Under the pieces are notes generated by a model. The model was not told where the DNA came from and ran no database searches. It saw nothing but the letters and a program-made list of their open reading frames with translations. Positions 13,761-27,842 of a stretch of 64,000 bases of DNA are shown piece by piece. Position numbers and translations under genes: made by a program. Every line of letters begins with the position of its first letter. The stretch's first letter is position 1. Location of the stretch: assembly GCF_009914755.1 (NCBI RefSeq), contig NC_060931.1; one strand, written 5' to 3'. Origin of the DNA: the human T2T-CHM13v2.0 reference genome, Homo sapiens.

Positions 13761-14196
<436 letters not shown>

Positions 14197-14504
14197 CTAT
14201 TCAGATGCGTTTGTGTTGTCCTAAGGAGATGAAGAGGGCTAACCAGAGCAGCAACACTAATAACGGAAAAAGAGGAGAGGAAGTTGAATGCCACAAAATG
14301 AAACTGAAACTTTTGTATTTCAAATGTTTCAACAGTATTCTAGAGGGAAGTAAGATAATGGTGTTCCTCTATTTGCCTCTGACTTCTTGTTAATGAAATA
14401 GTACTCATTAAAGTCTTCAGAGTCACAGATATTGTATAGCTGAGGTAAGCATTTTACAACTTTTCAGACACAAGTACATAAATATTATTTTACAACCAAC
14501 AATA

Positions 14505-14510
14505 TTTAAT
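14505..14510 (-). terminator. FGL2: Candidate distal poly(A) signal ATTAAA of FGL2
   Basis: tttaat on + strand, followed on the - strand by a U/GU-rich stretch (ttgttggttg...tgtacttgtgtc). Confidence 0.55.
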
Positions 14511-16765
14511 ATTTCCACATTGAAGAATAGATGTGATAATTAAATCTTTTATAAGGTTTTAAAAAGACATGAAACATAAACCTAATTATACATAAAAGAA
14601 AAGAATTTTAAACAAGAGCTTATTGTGATGACATTACTCATAACTTTTACCTTTAAAACCTTTTCTTGGGTAGCTATTCAAAAGTAAAGACCACAAGTTT
14701 TGTTGCCCAGATTTCTTATGTTTTGTATATTTAAGCTCTTTATTTATTGAACAGATGTGTCATTAATTCATTTGGAGCATTACTATTATCAGTAAAATTT
14801 GATTTTTTTTTCCCCTCAGTCATAGGTAAATCAGCTCCACCTGGAATTTCTAAGGACCCAGTTTTAGTCAATATTTTCAAGTAATCATGACCTCAGAAAT
14901 AGTCTTAATTAAGATAACAAATATTAGCCATCAAAATGGAACCAAGACAAGATTCTAATGTTTGTAAACAGTCAATCCATATTTATGAATATTAGCATAT
15001 ATTGGTGAATAGTTAAGGCAAAAGGTTCTAGCAGATGTAATCTATTTCCATCAACATGTTAAATGTTATAAAAGTCTAGAATTATTGGTAACATGAAATG
15101 ATTCCAAAATGGAATTTCTGTGTTACAGAATTTACTAGAAAAGTGCTGTGAAAGTATAATGAAAAATAAAGTGATCCCTTGAAATAATGTGGATAGAACA
15201 AGCTTTTGAATATTTACATGGATTAATGAATTATTTGCCAAATTCTCCTGAAGTTATACCTAGTTCCCATTAAATTAATGGACACCGTGTATATGAGCAT
15301 ATACCTTTCTTTAGAACTATGTTTTGTGATAAGTCCATTTTTACTCACAGGAATTTACTTAAACTTGTACATATATTAATTATATATACTAAATGACAAT
15401 GACCTTATCTGAAACAAATACATTGTATAATATCAAAACGTTTTTAGTCTTTTTTAAAAAGTAAAAAGTAAAAAACAACGTCAGTTACATCATTTACATT
15501 TGGTATCCCACCTAATAGAGACACAGCTTTTGAAATCTACAATATTTTACATTTTGGTCATCATTTAATGCTATTTGCATTTCTCTTTAACATTTTAATA
15601 GTATTTGTGATATATCATGTTTAACTGAAAGCTTTGGGTTATATATTTTAAAGGAATATCTTACTTTTTGACTAAATAGTTCTGTAAGGGCCTAATATTT
15701 GAAAAATTAGCTTGTTACCTGAAGCAACTATCCTCCTTAATCATTTTAAAATAATGGGTAAAGATGCATCTTTGTAAATATATTTTGAAAACTTGGTTAG
15801 TGTATTAGAAACAGACACCAGAAATTAAAAAAATTATTTCTAGGACTGGCATACACTACAGTGAATTACTTCAAATGTTACTCTAGAGCATTTTTAAAAA
15901 TACGCAGAATACTGCTGTTCTCTCTGAGATGATCCCTTTTTACGATGATGAAATTAAACACATTTAAAAAGTCTTTTAAATATTATATATAGCATTCCAG
16001 AATTGATGAATTATAAAAATTACAGATACTTCTGTTTGGGTAAAAATCTATCTTTTAGTTTCTGATAGTAAAATAAGCAATCTACCAGCCAGGGTTGAAA
16101 TATATAGTATTTTAACTACTGTTCTATATATTTCAAAATTCATGTTTTCTATCTGTCCTAGAGAAACTTAGCCTTCTATGAAGTGAATCACTTAATGATA
16201 TTATTGCTTTGGAGATAAAATTGGCCTCAGAGTATGATAGCCTGTAAGTAAATGCTTCATTACCCACATATCCCTACCCACCCCCCCCAAAAAAACCTAC
16301 CAGTAGTCTAGTACAGTAGTGAGCAATCTTAAATTAAAAGCTATTGTTCACACAGAGCAGAGGAAGATAATTTTCATGTTAAAGCAGTTTTCAACATCAA
16401 ACATCTAAGGAGTTATAAACTATAAATGAATTACCTTTAAACCCTGGTCTTCACAGTTACATTGCTTTCTGAATGCTTTTTGGGGTGACATTATGCTACC
16501 ACATTTTTAAACGGTTTAAATGACAAGTATTTTATATTTCATGAATGATAAATGAACAAGTTTAATTATATAGATATTAGTTCCCTTAGTCTGGGAACCA
16601 AAATGCTGTAGGGTTGTTCTGTTGCAAAGTAAATGATATAGATTAAGTTTGTCTCAGAATGAAGATTACCCAAATAATTATAGCCTGAAAAGAGTGATAT
16701 ACCTTCAGATGTGCTTAAATCATGGCCCAAATACAGATTACTTTGTGTAGAATCCAGCCTACTGA

Positions 16766-17083
<318 letters not shown>

Positions 17084-17243
17084 TAAATACAGCAAGTAAT
17101 ACAAGCAATAGAAAAAGTTTCAATAGAAATTAAAAGAATTGTAAATCTAATGTATAATTCTCAATATTGCTAATTGCTTGCAAGTGTTCATTGGATAACA
17201 GCATAACAACAAAGGACTCCTTTAAAATGCATTGTTTTTCAGC

Positions 17244-17249
17244 TTTATT
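17244..17249 (-). terminator. FGL2: Proximal poly(A) signal AATAAA of FGL2
   Basis: tttatt on + strand, ~145 nt after the stop codon; would give a ~1.5-kb mRNA. Confidence 0.6.
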
Positions 17250-17392
17250 TCAAATGCTGTGTAGCATAAGAACCTAGCCGTCAGACATCATTTTTTAGCT
17301 ATGAAAAATATGAAACAAGGCATATTCTAAAGTGCTGAAGGAATTAATTGCCCTATTAGATAACGAATACCTGGAGGAATGAACAGAGTGAT

Positions 17393-18099
17393 TTATGGCT
17401 TAAAGTGCTTGGGTCTGATCATCATCTTAGCCTCTTTGAAGGAGGACTTGTAGCCACCAGGGTGTGCCTCACTTACACCAGGCCAGGTACCCCAGAAAAT
17501 CCCATTACGGACACCTCTGTATTTTTGGTGATAATATTTGCCATTTAAGTTTGCAGAAAGACATGCATCAAACCACCAGCCTGAACTGTAGTACAGCCCA
17601 CAGTTCCCAGAAGGATATCGATCATTGTCTTTATCTGGAGTGGTGAAAAACTTCAGATCGTGGTTGTAATGTTTGTTGAAACGTAATGCATCTCCAGCTG
17701 TGCCATTATAGTTACCAACGTGTAAACGATATTTGAGAAACTCATTAGCCACATAAAACTGATCATACAAGGCATATAGTTCGACACCATTAAAGTCTTC
17801 AAGATCTATTCTCAGAATCATTTCCTTACTCTTGGTCAGAAGATGAATTTTATCGTTCCCCAGCCAAAATTCCCTTCTGAGGTTTCCAAAGCCTGCTTTG
17901 TAGTCTTGCCATGTTCTGGTGAAGTTGGTGCTCCCATCGAGACGTGCCTGCAGCACTGTCCAGCCTCCCCCCATGGTCTCCATGTCACAGTAAACTTCAA
18001 AGCTACTATTTTTGGGATCAGGTGTAACTCTGTAGGTCTCACTGCTTCTTTTGCCTATTGCGTAGTAGTCAGAGCAATCTTTATATATTAGATGTTGAA
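17393..18099 (-). CDS. FGL2: FGL2 exon 2 coding part: fibrinogen C-terminal (FReD) domain
   Basis: Pyrimidine tract and AG (ttccccttcag|TT) ending at 18100. FReD motifs VYCDM, GGGWTVLQAR, EFWLGNDKIH, GWWFDAC, NLNG. TAA at 17395-17393. 613+707=1320 nt = 439 aa plus stop, frame-consistent across the phase-1 intron. Confidence 0.98.
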
Positions 18100-20294
18100 C
18101 TGAAGGGGAAATAAAAGGAAGGCATTGGATCTTGTTAATAGAAACCATGCATCTGAAGAATTCTTTATATGTACAAAAGCAGTTTGATAATTGAATCAAT
18201 GGCAGTAATGAAACTTTACTAAACTTACTTGAACCTGTTTAGCAAATGCTTAAGGCCTCACAAGAAGAACCTAATGTTATAAAGCAGAAAGGACCTCTAA
18301 TATACTCTTGGTTGGTAGTAATAATGACAGCATCAACAGCAAACGACAATAAGAAAATAATAAAAGTACAGTTTTAATAATTTAGTATTATGTAGTGAGG
18401 CCTACCTATACGTTCTAGGCATGCTGCCAGACTGGGTAACATTTTCACACTGAATCTGAACATTGACCTTATGATGTAGGCGTTACTGCCAGTCTGCATG
18501 TGAGGATATTTAGGCATAAAGATCAGTGGCTTGCCCACCTTCACCTGAGCTTTAAGTGGCAGAGCCAGGACACTAACTCAGATCTGGCTGGCAGCAAAGC
18601 TTTGTTCTCGTAATCATTGCATCCCTTGGTCCTAAAAATCAGATGATTCTAACTCTCCTAGAACTGTATTCCTTGCATACAGAGGAAGCACAGGCTTCTA
18701 TTTTCTTTCACCTAAAGGGGCTGATAGCCTCTACTGTCAGAAGGTTTTATAGCATATATTCCAAATGATGTGTTAAAATCCTAATGCATAGGATTGATCA
18801 TAAATTCATATTCATTTCACTTGACAACTATATAAAGAAGCTCAAGTGAAAAAGAAGTATCTTTTTCAATGACACACCAATATTCTTATTCTGTATTTAT
18901 TATCTAGGAAAGTATTTAGCCACTATTTCACATGTTGGGTTTCTAGAAAGAAACAACAGGTGACTATATTGAGGATAAGCATAATAATCAGTTAACAAAG
19001 TTCTGTATGAATCAGACAGATATTTACTCCCAGATAGTTTTTATTAAAATGTGTGACAAATAAGGTAAGTTTAATATGAGATACCCTAAGGCATAAAAAT
19101 CTATTCCTGTATATTTAGAGCTCAGAATATTCAGTTATTTCACCCAAAATGTTTAGGAGAAAAATAGACAATAGTCTTCATATCATGACAAGTTGCCATG
19201 CAGCATCTAATCTAATGTATACCCACTGATGTCACCTAAGCGGTGAACCTTGGATTCGCAGTGTGCCAGGTACATTCAGATGCAGGCTGCCAGGAGTATT
19301 ACCAATAGAGGTCCTTGAAAATATGACCCTTCCCTCCTTCACTGGCAGATGCCCTGGGGATGGAGCATGCCTGAGATACTGTCTCTAAATGAAAGTGATC
19401 TCCGCCCTGTCCTTTCAACCTCACGTTCATGGTAAGTAGAGGTCCAAATGCGGAGATGGCTTTCCAAAGTATGAGACAGTCAGCAACAGTGGTCCCAGTG
19501 ACTCAGGTGAAAAGCCAAGGTTTGGAGAGTCAATACCACTGTTAGTTCGTGGGTGGAGTAGGCGATTAAGTCTGTGGAATTTCACATGTATTTATTAAAG
19601 TTAATTCAAGTAATTTGGATGGTGAGGATGGGTTCTACTTCTATCTGCTTGAATTCTAACTTCAGGTAAAAGAGAAAGAAATATGAATACCTTCCCTTAG
19701 TGGCATGCTAAAACTCTCCCCTTAAAATATTTTTTGTGCCACTAGGTCTCAAAGCAAAAATTTGTGCACACATATGAAACTGCTTTTATTCCATCTGTAA
19801 ACTCTCCCATTTTCTCCAGATATTTGGGATTAAGAACTAGATTACTTGCTAAAATCTTTCAAAGACCTCTTTAGCCATGAGAAGCGGCAGTCAGTCAATC
19901 ACAAGAAAAACTGATTTCCAACAAACAAGGCACAATTGTGAACATCGCCTTATCTTTATTGTTTTCAAACACCTCATTGAAGAGACAAGTTAAATGCACT
20001 AAAACATCAAGAAATTCTCTCTACTTCTGCTTGCAAGTAGGTCTGGCATTAACAAATAAGATCTTAAAATTGAAAGTGACTTCCAGTGGATACAGAACTA
20101 ACTATGATTTTTGTAATTAGGTCATATTTATGTGGTCATATTTGAGAAGATATTTATTTTTTCCTGTGCACCTTGATAAATAAAAGACTTAATCTGTCAT
20201 CTATTTAACTTACTGACTCAGGTTAATGTTTATAGATACTCTCTAGCTGTATAACATTTATGAACATATGATAAGAAAACATTATTATACATAC
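18100..20294 (-). other. FGL2: FGL2 intron (GT-AG, 2195 nt)
   Basis: Canonical donor and acceptor joining the two ORFs in frame (RP|V-QHL). Confidence 0.96.
18370..18620. mobile_element. MIR in the FGL2 intron
   Basis: Degenerate MIR core (cagtggcttgccc...taagtggcagagccagga). Confidence 0.6.
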
Positions 20295-20907
20295 CTGGAC
20301 GTGACTGTATTTGTTCTTGGCTGGGACACTTTGAACATTTGCCATCCAAACTATTGACAACAAATGTTAGATTTGCCACTTTGCTGTCAACATAATTTTC
20401 TATGTTGTTCATATTTACAAGATTCAGCTTCTCCAGGCGACCATGAAGTACATTGATCTCCTCTTTGGCATTCTTTAGCTCAGAGGACAGCTTGTTAACC
20501 TCACTCTCTAATTCTCTAACTCTGTTATCACCAACCTCTCCCGGGGCTCCTGTACTGGGTAACAACAGTCCGTTTCTGCCTGGGTCTCCGTTGTCATCAG
20601 CCTGCAGCTTGCAGTCTTGGCAAGATTTCTTTAGACTATTTACGATTTCCTTGAGGTTTTGGACTTCTTTGAACACCTCCTCGATCCTGCTGAATTGCTT
20701 CGGGAGCTGAATAGTCAAGGGGGGCAGGCTTACCTGGTAGGGGCACTCCCCTGCCTCTTCGCATTTCCCTCTGCTTTCTAGTCTCACTGGGCAGACATCC
20801 TTTGCTCTTTCATCTTTAATTTCCTCTGTTTCATTGTTTGCCACAACCAAAAAACCGTAAGTGGCAAGAACAGCTGAGCTCAGCCAGTACCAGTTAGCCA
20901 GCTTCAT
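20295..20907 (-). CDS. FGL2: FGL2 exon 1 coding part: signal peptide plus coiled-coil oligomerisation region (aa 1-204)
   Basis: ATG at 20907 (aagATGa). Translation MKLANWYWLSSAVLATYGFLVVA...CSKCPSQEQIQSRP recognised as human FGL2. CxxC pairs at C96/C99 and C191/C194. Donor CCAG|GTATGT with intron starting at 20294. 613 nt. Confidence 0.98.
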
Positions 20908-20934
20908 CTTTACAGTGCTGCTCACCCCAGCAGG

Positions 20935-21050
20935 GAGTGCGCAGGGCTGGAGCTGCTTTAATAGCGGCAGCTGCCTGAGTCAGGCTTTCTGTGTTCCCAG
21001 GAAAGGGTGGGAGCGTTTGCATCACAAGTTTTAGAAACGCACAGGAAGAG
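20935..21050 (-). promoter_or_regulatory. FGL2: FGL2 core/proximal promoter: TATA-like TATTAAA (20963-20957), AP-1 TGAGTCA (20976-20982), GAS/ETS-like TTCCCAGGAA (20994-21003), GT-box GGGTGGG (21005-21011), octamer-like ATGCAAAC (21022-21015), ETS CAGGAAG (21042-21048)
   Basis: Motifs read directly from the sequence, clustered within ~140 nt upstream of the ATG. Fits the known IFN-gamma/STAT1, PU.1/ETS, Sp1/Sp3 and Oct-1 control of Fgl2. TSS inferred near 20938. Confidence 0.8.
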
Positions 21051-22373
21051 GAGATAGCCCTCATCAAACGCAGTTTGCCAAAAACTGTAACTTACTCTCA
21101 ATAGAAATAATATGCATTGAAATTATTATAGTCAAATGTACACAGCCAACAAGATTCACTTTCATAATGTATTTTATGAAGTATAAGAAAAGTCTTGCAT
21201 TTCTAAAGTAATTTGGTATACTTACGCTTGAAGTAAATAATTATACGTAACTTCACTGGAAAAACAGTTTTTAAAGATAAAAAGTAAGAGCTAGTTATCC
21301 AAACTGTCTATAGAACAGAAACGTTACTAAAATGAAAATGGTCCTTTTTCCTTCTTAGAATGGGGCATTGGGGAGCCTGTATTTTCTTCATGTTGGACTT
21401 TCAGGTGAAATCTTAAGCACTTTTAGAAGTTTCTAAGTGTAACAAAGTACAGCTTTCTGACTATTGCAGTTGACTTTTGCTTCATCTACTTGAAAAAGAG
21501 AAGAAAACTAGTGGAGAAAAAAGTGCTACTTTCTATTCCTTTGTCCGTAGCATAGTGTATATAAATGTCTAAATGTCTAAGACCCATTTAAAAGGACATA
21601 ATTGTCTTTCATCAAAACCAGTAGCTGCCTCCTTTGCCCTTCGACATTTTGGTAATTGTACTGTCATCTTCCACAGCTGCTCAAATGTGAATCTTTGAGC
21701 TATGCCAGTGTCTGTCCTGAACTTCTCTTGCCTACAGCATCTTTGCCCTTTCTTTCTGCAGGTAGCCCTGGCAGGCGGGCCTCTTGCTTTCTGTCTCCAC
21801 GCTGGTTCTTCTACCTGCTCTCTGGGCCACTTGGTATATCAGCTTGTTCAAAACATGTAGCATTAATGATAATAGTTTTCTAACTTTCTCTTCAGAGGCT
21901 GAAGGCAGGAAAGAGGAACAGCTTCAGTTAGAGAAACCACCTCCTTTTAATTTGTTTTGCATATTGACATCTCATAAGATTTCTTGTTTAAAAAGGGTTT
22001 TTTTGCTTTAAAAATAATTTCAAAATGACTGACATGGGCAAAAATCTAAATGTTTTATTGTATTACTTAAAACACTCTGTAGCCTATCTCATATTTATGT
22101 CTTTAACCTGATTTCCTATGACTTTTCTGTATATCCCCTTAATTTTAGCCAAATCCTATTCACATTCTCAAAATGTTGGCAGACTCTTTACACTTCCATG
22201 ACTGTATTTATTCTCGCATACTCAGGAGACCTGGCTTCCAACCCTAGATCTACCTCTGATCATGTAAACAGATCATCAGCTTTAATGAGCCTTTGTTCCT
22301 GTAGCTGTAGCGGAGGAATTTAGCTATTTCTTCCCTCATACAGGAATGATAGTCATGCAAACTTGGAGCACTT

Positions 22374-22702
22374 GGCTGGGCGTGGTGGCTCACGCCTGTA
22401 ATCCCAACACATTGGGAGGCCGAGGCATGTGGATCACCTGAGATCAGGAGTTTGAGACCAACCTGGCCAACATGGTGAAACCCCATCTCTACTAAAAATA
22501 CAAAAAAAAAAAAAAAATTAGCCAGGTATGGTGGCGTGTGCCTGTAATCCCAGCTACTCGGGAGGCTGAGGCAGGAGAATCACTTGAACCCAGGAGGTGG
22601 AGGTTGCAGTGAGCCTAGATCGTACCACTGCACTCCAGCCTGGGCAATAAGAGTGAAACTCCATCCCCCAGCCCCACCCCTCACAAAAAAAGAAAAAAAA
22701 AA
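22374..22702 (+). mobile_element. Alu (AluSp/Sq-like)
   Basis: Full dimer; TSD aaactt(g/a)gagcactt. Confidence 0.95.
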
Positions 22703-25700
22703 CTTAGAGCACTTAAGAAAAAAAAAAATGCAGTGTATAAATGTAACATTCTTCCCAAATAAATTTGTCAAACATGTTCTACACACCTTATGACTTTTTT
22801 TCTTCCATCTTCATATAGCTCTTTCAAAAATTGTTTTTCTCTTCATTCCATTCAATATATCCAATTTTAGACAAAAACTTTTTAGCTAAAAATATCTATT
22901 TAATCCCCTAACTCCTAACCTCATTTCTTCTCACCTATTTTCAAGCTGTGACACTTCCCTGTTGGGAGGTAAGAAATAAATGAAACAATAGATAATTTTA
23001 AAAAGGAGACATGATGACAACATAGATAAAAAAAAAATACCATTTTGTAAAGTAGAAATATATAGGAATGATATTTAGTTCCTAGTCCTTAAGGATATTG
23101 TGAAATGTCCTTGACTGACTAGAGTATAAATCCCTGCATTTAGTTAGTAAAGTATTTATTAAGGATCTTCTGTATACTCAGCACTATGCTAGAGCATATA
23201 TAAGATGCGTGCCACAGGCACTTTCATTCATTTATTCCTCATACATATATTGATATACTATATATTTATTCATCATAAATTGACTCTGCACCCTCTGCAT
23301 GCAAAACCGCTATTCTAGGCACTTGGGCCACACTGGTGAACAAATCAGACAAAAATCCCTTTTTCCTTCTTAGAAAGGGGCATTAAAGACCTGGTATTTT
23401 CTTCACGTTGGACTTTGAAATGAAATCTTAAGTACTTTTTAAAGTTTCTAAACCTAACAGAAGTACAGCTTTTGGACTCTTGCAGTGGGCTTTTGGTTCA
23501 TCTGTTTGAATCAGAAATGTGCGTGTCAAGCACTGCTGCTAATTTTTGGCTGGTCACACCCCAGTTAACCAAGGGCCAATGGCACAGTTTCCCCTAAAAA
23601 GCTTGGATGTGCTTTGAGAACTGGCTTCTGTCCCTTCAGAATGCATAAAAAATTCCCTGACATAAGGGTAGAGAACTCCTCTGTTGACCAGTTTCATTGA
23701 CACTGACAGGTGACCTGCTAGGTTCTCGGTTTAGAAAGTCATTTGGCCACTGACTGGAAGGCAGATGCTAAGTGACTACTGCATGAAAAGAGGCTCAACT
23801 CCCCTAATGAGTGTATAACTCATGGAGGGCAGAGAGTGTTGTACCGCCTCTACGGTTCCTCCCTGCACTTGCAGATGAGCAAAGAAAGGGCTCAAAGCAA
23901 TAAATGACTTGTCTGGTCATTTTACAGTTTTCAGTTTCTGTTTTAGAGTTTTTAAGAGACAGCTGGAATTTGAACCTGTATCTGATTCAAAGTTCATATC
24001 TTTTCTCTTTGCCACATTGCCACGTAGGAGGAAAGATAACATGGGGAGGGTATGTGAGAACTATGTGGAGAGCCTGTGCTTAAAGCAATGCTTAGATCAA
24101 TGGAGAGCCACTAAAGGTTTTTGAGCAAGGAAAATAAAATACTTGCCCCCCCCCCCCCAGGACTATTTTAGGAATGAATCTTCTGCTGCAAATCAGTGGG
24201 AAATGGCATTTTAGGTGAGAGCTAGTAGTGTGGTAGCAGGCACTAGATAAGAGGTGAACCAGTGTGGAGGCAGGAGGGGTAGGAAAGGAGATGGAGGCAT
24301 TATTACCAAGGCATGATAGAAGCCATGGGATCTGATAAGTGGTGAGAACTGGAAAGAGAGGGACAACTCTGAAATTTGCCTCTGATTGCAGTTAAATGAT
24401 AGCATGCTAATGACAGAGGTAGCAGTAGGTTGGGGAGAGTGTAGTAGTATTTCTGTTTTCAGTACACTGGGTTTTAAGCATTGACAAGCCACCAAATGCA
24501 AATATCAAGCAAAGAGTGGCACATCTAGGTATGAATATTGACACAGAATAGATGTGGATGTTAATTTGAAATCACGGGAATCAAAAAGATGGTCAAAGAA
24601 ATAGGATGAGAACCAGGAGAGTACAGGAGCGTCATGAATACCAGGAAAAGGGAGGGTTTCAAGCAGGACTAGGCCATCAGAAAATCGAAACCTGAAGAGC
24701 TGACTTGTCCTTCACTACTAGGAGTTCCCACCTCATGACTTGACCTTCTGCCTCTTCTCTCTTGCTGAAAGCCCTTCTGGATTCTCTCATGCTGAGTCTA
24801 CCCTGACTCCTAGTATCGGCTGCTTATTCCTCATGGCGGTGTCAGAATCTTCCTTACTACCCTGAATCTGTCCTTGACCCAGCACTGACACATTACACTC
24901 ACTTACAGACTTGTTTTTAGATTTAAGCAAATTATTTAACACCAATACATGGTGGGATTTTAAAGTAGCAAAATTTATTTCTATAAGCCGCATATGAAAT
25001 TTTACTTTCATTAGTCTATATTCACATGTTCAGACTTCCTTTTTGCTTACACAAAGTATATTTAAGAGAAGATCTGCATTTTCTATAACTGGATCAGATT
25101 CCTAAAGTAAATTTTTGTTTCCCCTAATACAGTTTTTTTTTCAAGGAAACCCTTTGTGTTTCTATTTGTACTAAAAGAAGAAAGTAAATTTAATGATAGT
25201 CGTATTTATAGTATTGAGAGCCTTTCACTGATATTAAGCTTATTAACATTTGTAGTTTCTGATTTATTAAACTCAGGAACCTTTAATTGTTCTTTAAAGA
25301 ACATGTGCTTTTCTGATAAGAAAATTAAAACATTCACTTTTTAAACTACTTAATTTGAAATATCGACAGTAAATATTTATTTTAATATTCCTTAGAGGTC
25401 TTAGTCCTTGTTCATTATAAATTTCATGAAAAGAACTTAAAAAAAATGATTTCCACAACCCACAGAACAAGAATTGCCTGACTTTTGGTTAAAGCTAGAA
25501 TAATAGTTGGTAGGTTCTGTGGTATGACTTGCAGGTACTTCATTCTGGCATAGATGAGAGATTCAGACTAGAAGTCTTCCAATATGGACCTACAATGAAA
25601 GATCTATTATGGGAATCCTTAAGATTTCTGGATCAACTGAAGTATAGGGCAGAAATATACAGATATTCACTATTAATGAAACTACAGAACATAGTTATCC

Positions 25701-25945
25701 AATATGCTAATGGCACAGGTCTTAAGTGGGAGTATCCAGGGCTTCTCAGATTGAAACTTTATGGAACTGGAATATTCCACAAGAGTCTCGGAAAGTTCAT
25801 CAGTCAATACCTATCAACAAAATCAATTCTTATGTACTCCACACCAAGCCAGGGATCGTGAAGGATCCAAAAGGTTAATGGATATGACATCTAATTTACT
25901 GTCATTTCCCTAAATTTCCAGAGACTTAGGAAGTTTCATATAGCC

Positions 25946-26155
25946 AGCCAGGTGCGGTAGCTCACACCTGTAATCCTAGCACTTTGGGAAACTGAAGTGG
26001 GAGGACCACTTGAGGCCAGAAATTCAAGACCAGCTTGGGCAACATAGTGAGACCCTGTCTCTACAAAAAATTTAAAAATTAGATGGGCATGCTGGCATGC
26101 GCCTACAGTCCCAGCTGCTCAGGAGGCTAAGGAGAAAGATCGCTTGAGCCCAGGA
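25946..26155 (+). mobile_element. Alu (AluJ-like), 3'-truncated
   Basis: Left arm plus part of the right arm, ending at cgcttgagcccagga. Confidence 0.88.
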
Positions 26156-26269
26156 ATTTTTACTTCTTGTATTTGAGATTGATCTTAAGCTTCTTCTTAT
26201 AATCCCAAAACAAAACAAATAATAAAATCAAAGTAAAGAAATTAGGAGAATCAAATTGTGGCTTTCTAT

Positions 26270-27295
<1,026 letters not shown>

Positions 27296-27443
27296 TATAT
27301 TGTTACAAAATCCAGGGCTTTAAATTCTTGAAACTGCCTATGTATTTATTCTAATATGTATAATTTGATTTTACCTGCTTATCACTTGTGTTTTTGGGGG
27401 GTTTTGTTTATCTGTCTTTCTTTGGCATTTTAAAATAATATAT

Positions 27444-27842
<399 letters not shown>

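Noticed and set aside
18100-18199. N-terminal extension of the 268-aa ORF (MIQLSNC...FISPS)
   Set aside because: Intronic sequence upstream of the exon 2 acceptor; it includes the polypyrimidine tract.
17464-20710. Plus-strand ORFs antisense to FGL2 exons
   Set aside because: Shadow frames of the real CDS, with no splice or start support.
20908-20925. In-frame upstream GTG start (MSSTVK extension)
   Set aside because: Non-AUG codon very close to the inferred TSS; the ATG at 20907 has A at -3 and begins the signal peptide.
25529-25861. 110-aa ORF
   Set aside because: Non-ATG start, no recognisable domain, no phase link to the CCDC146 exons.
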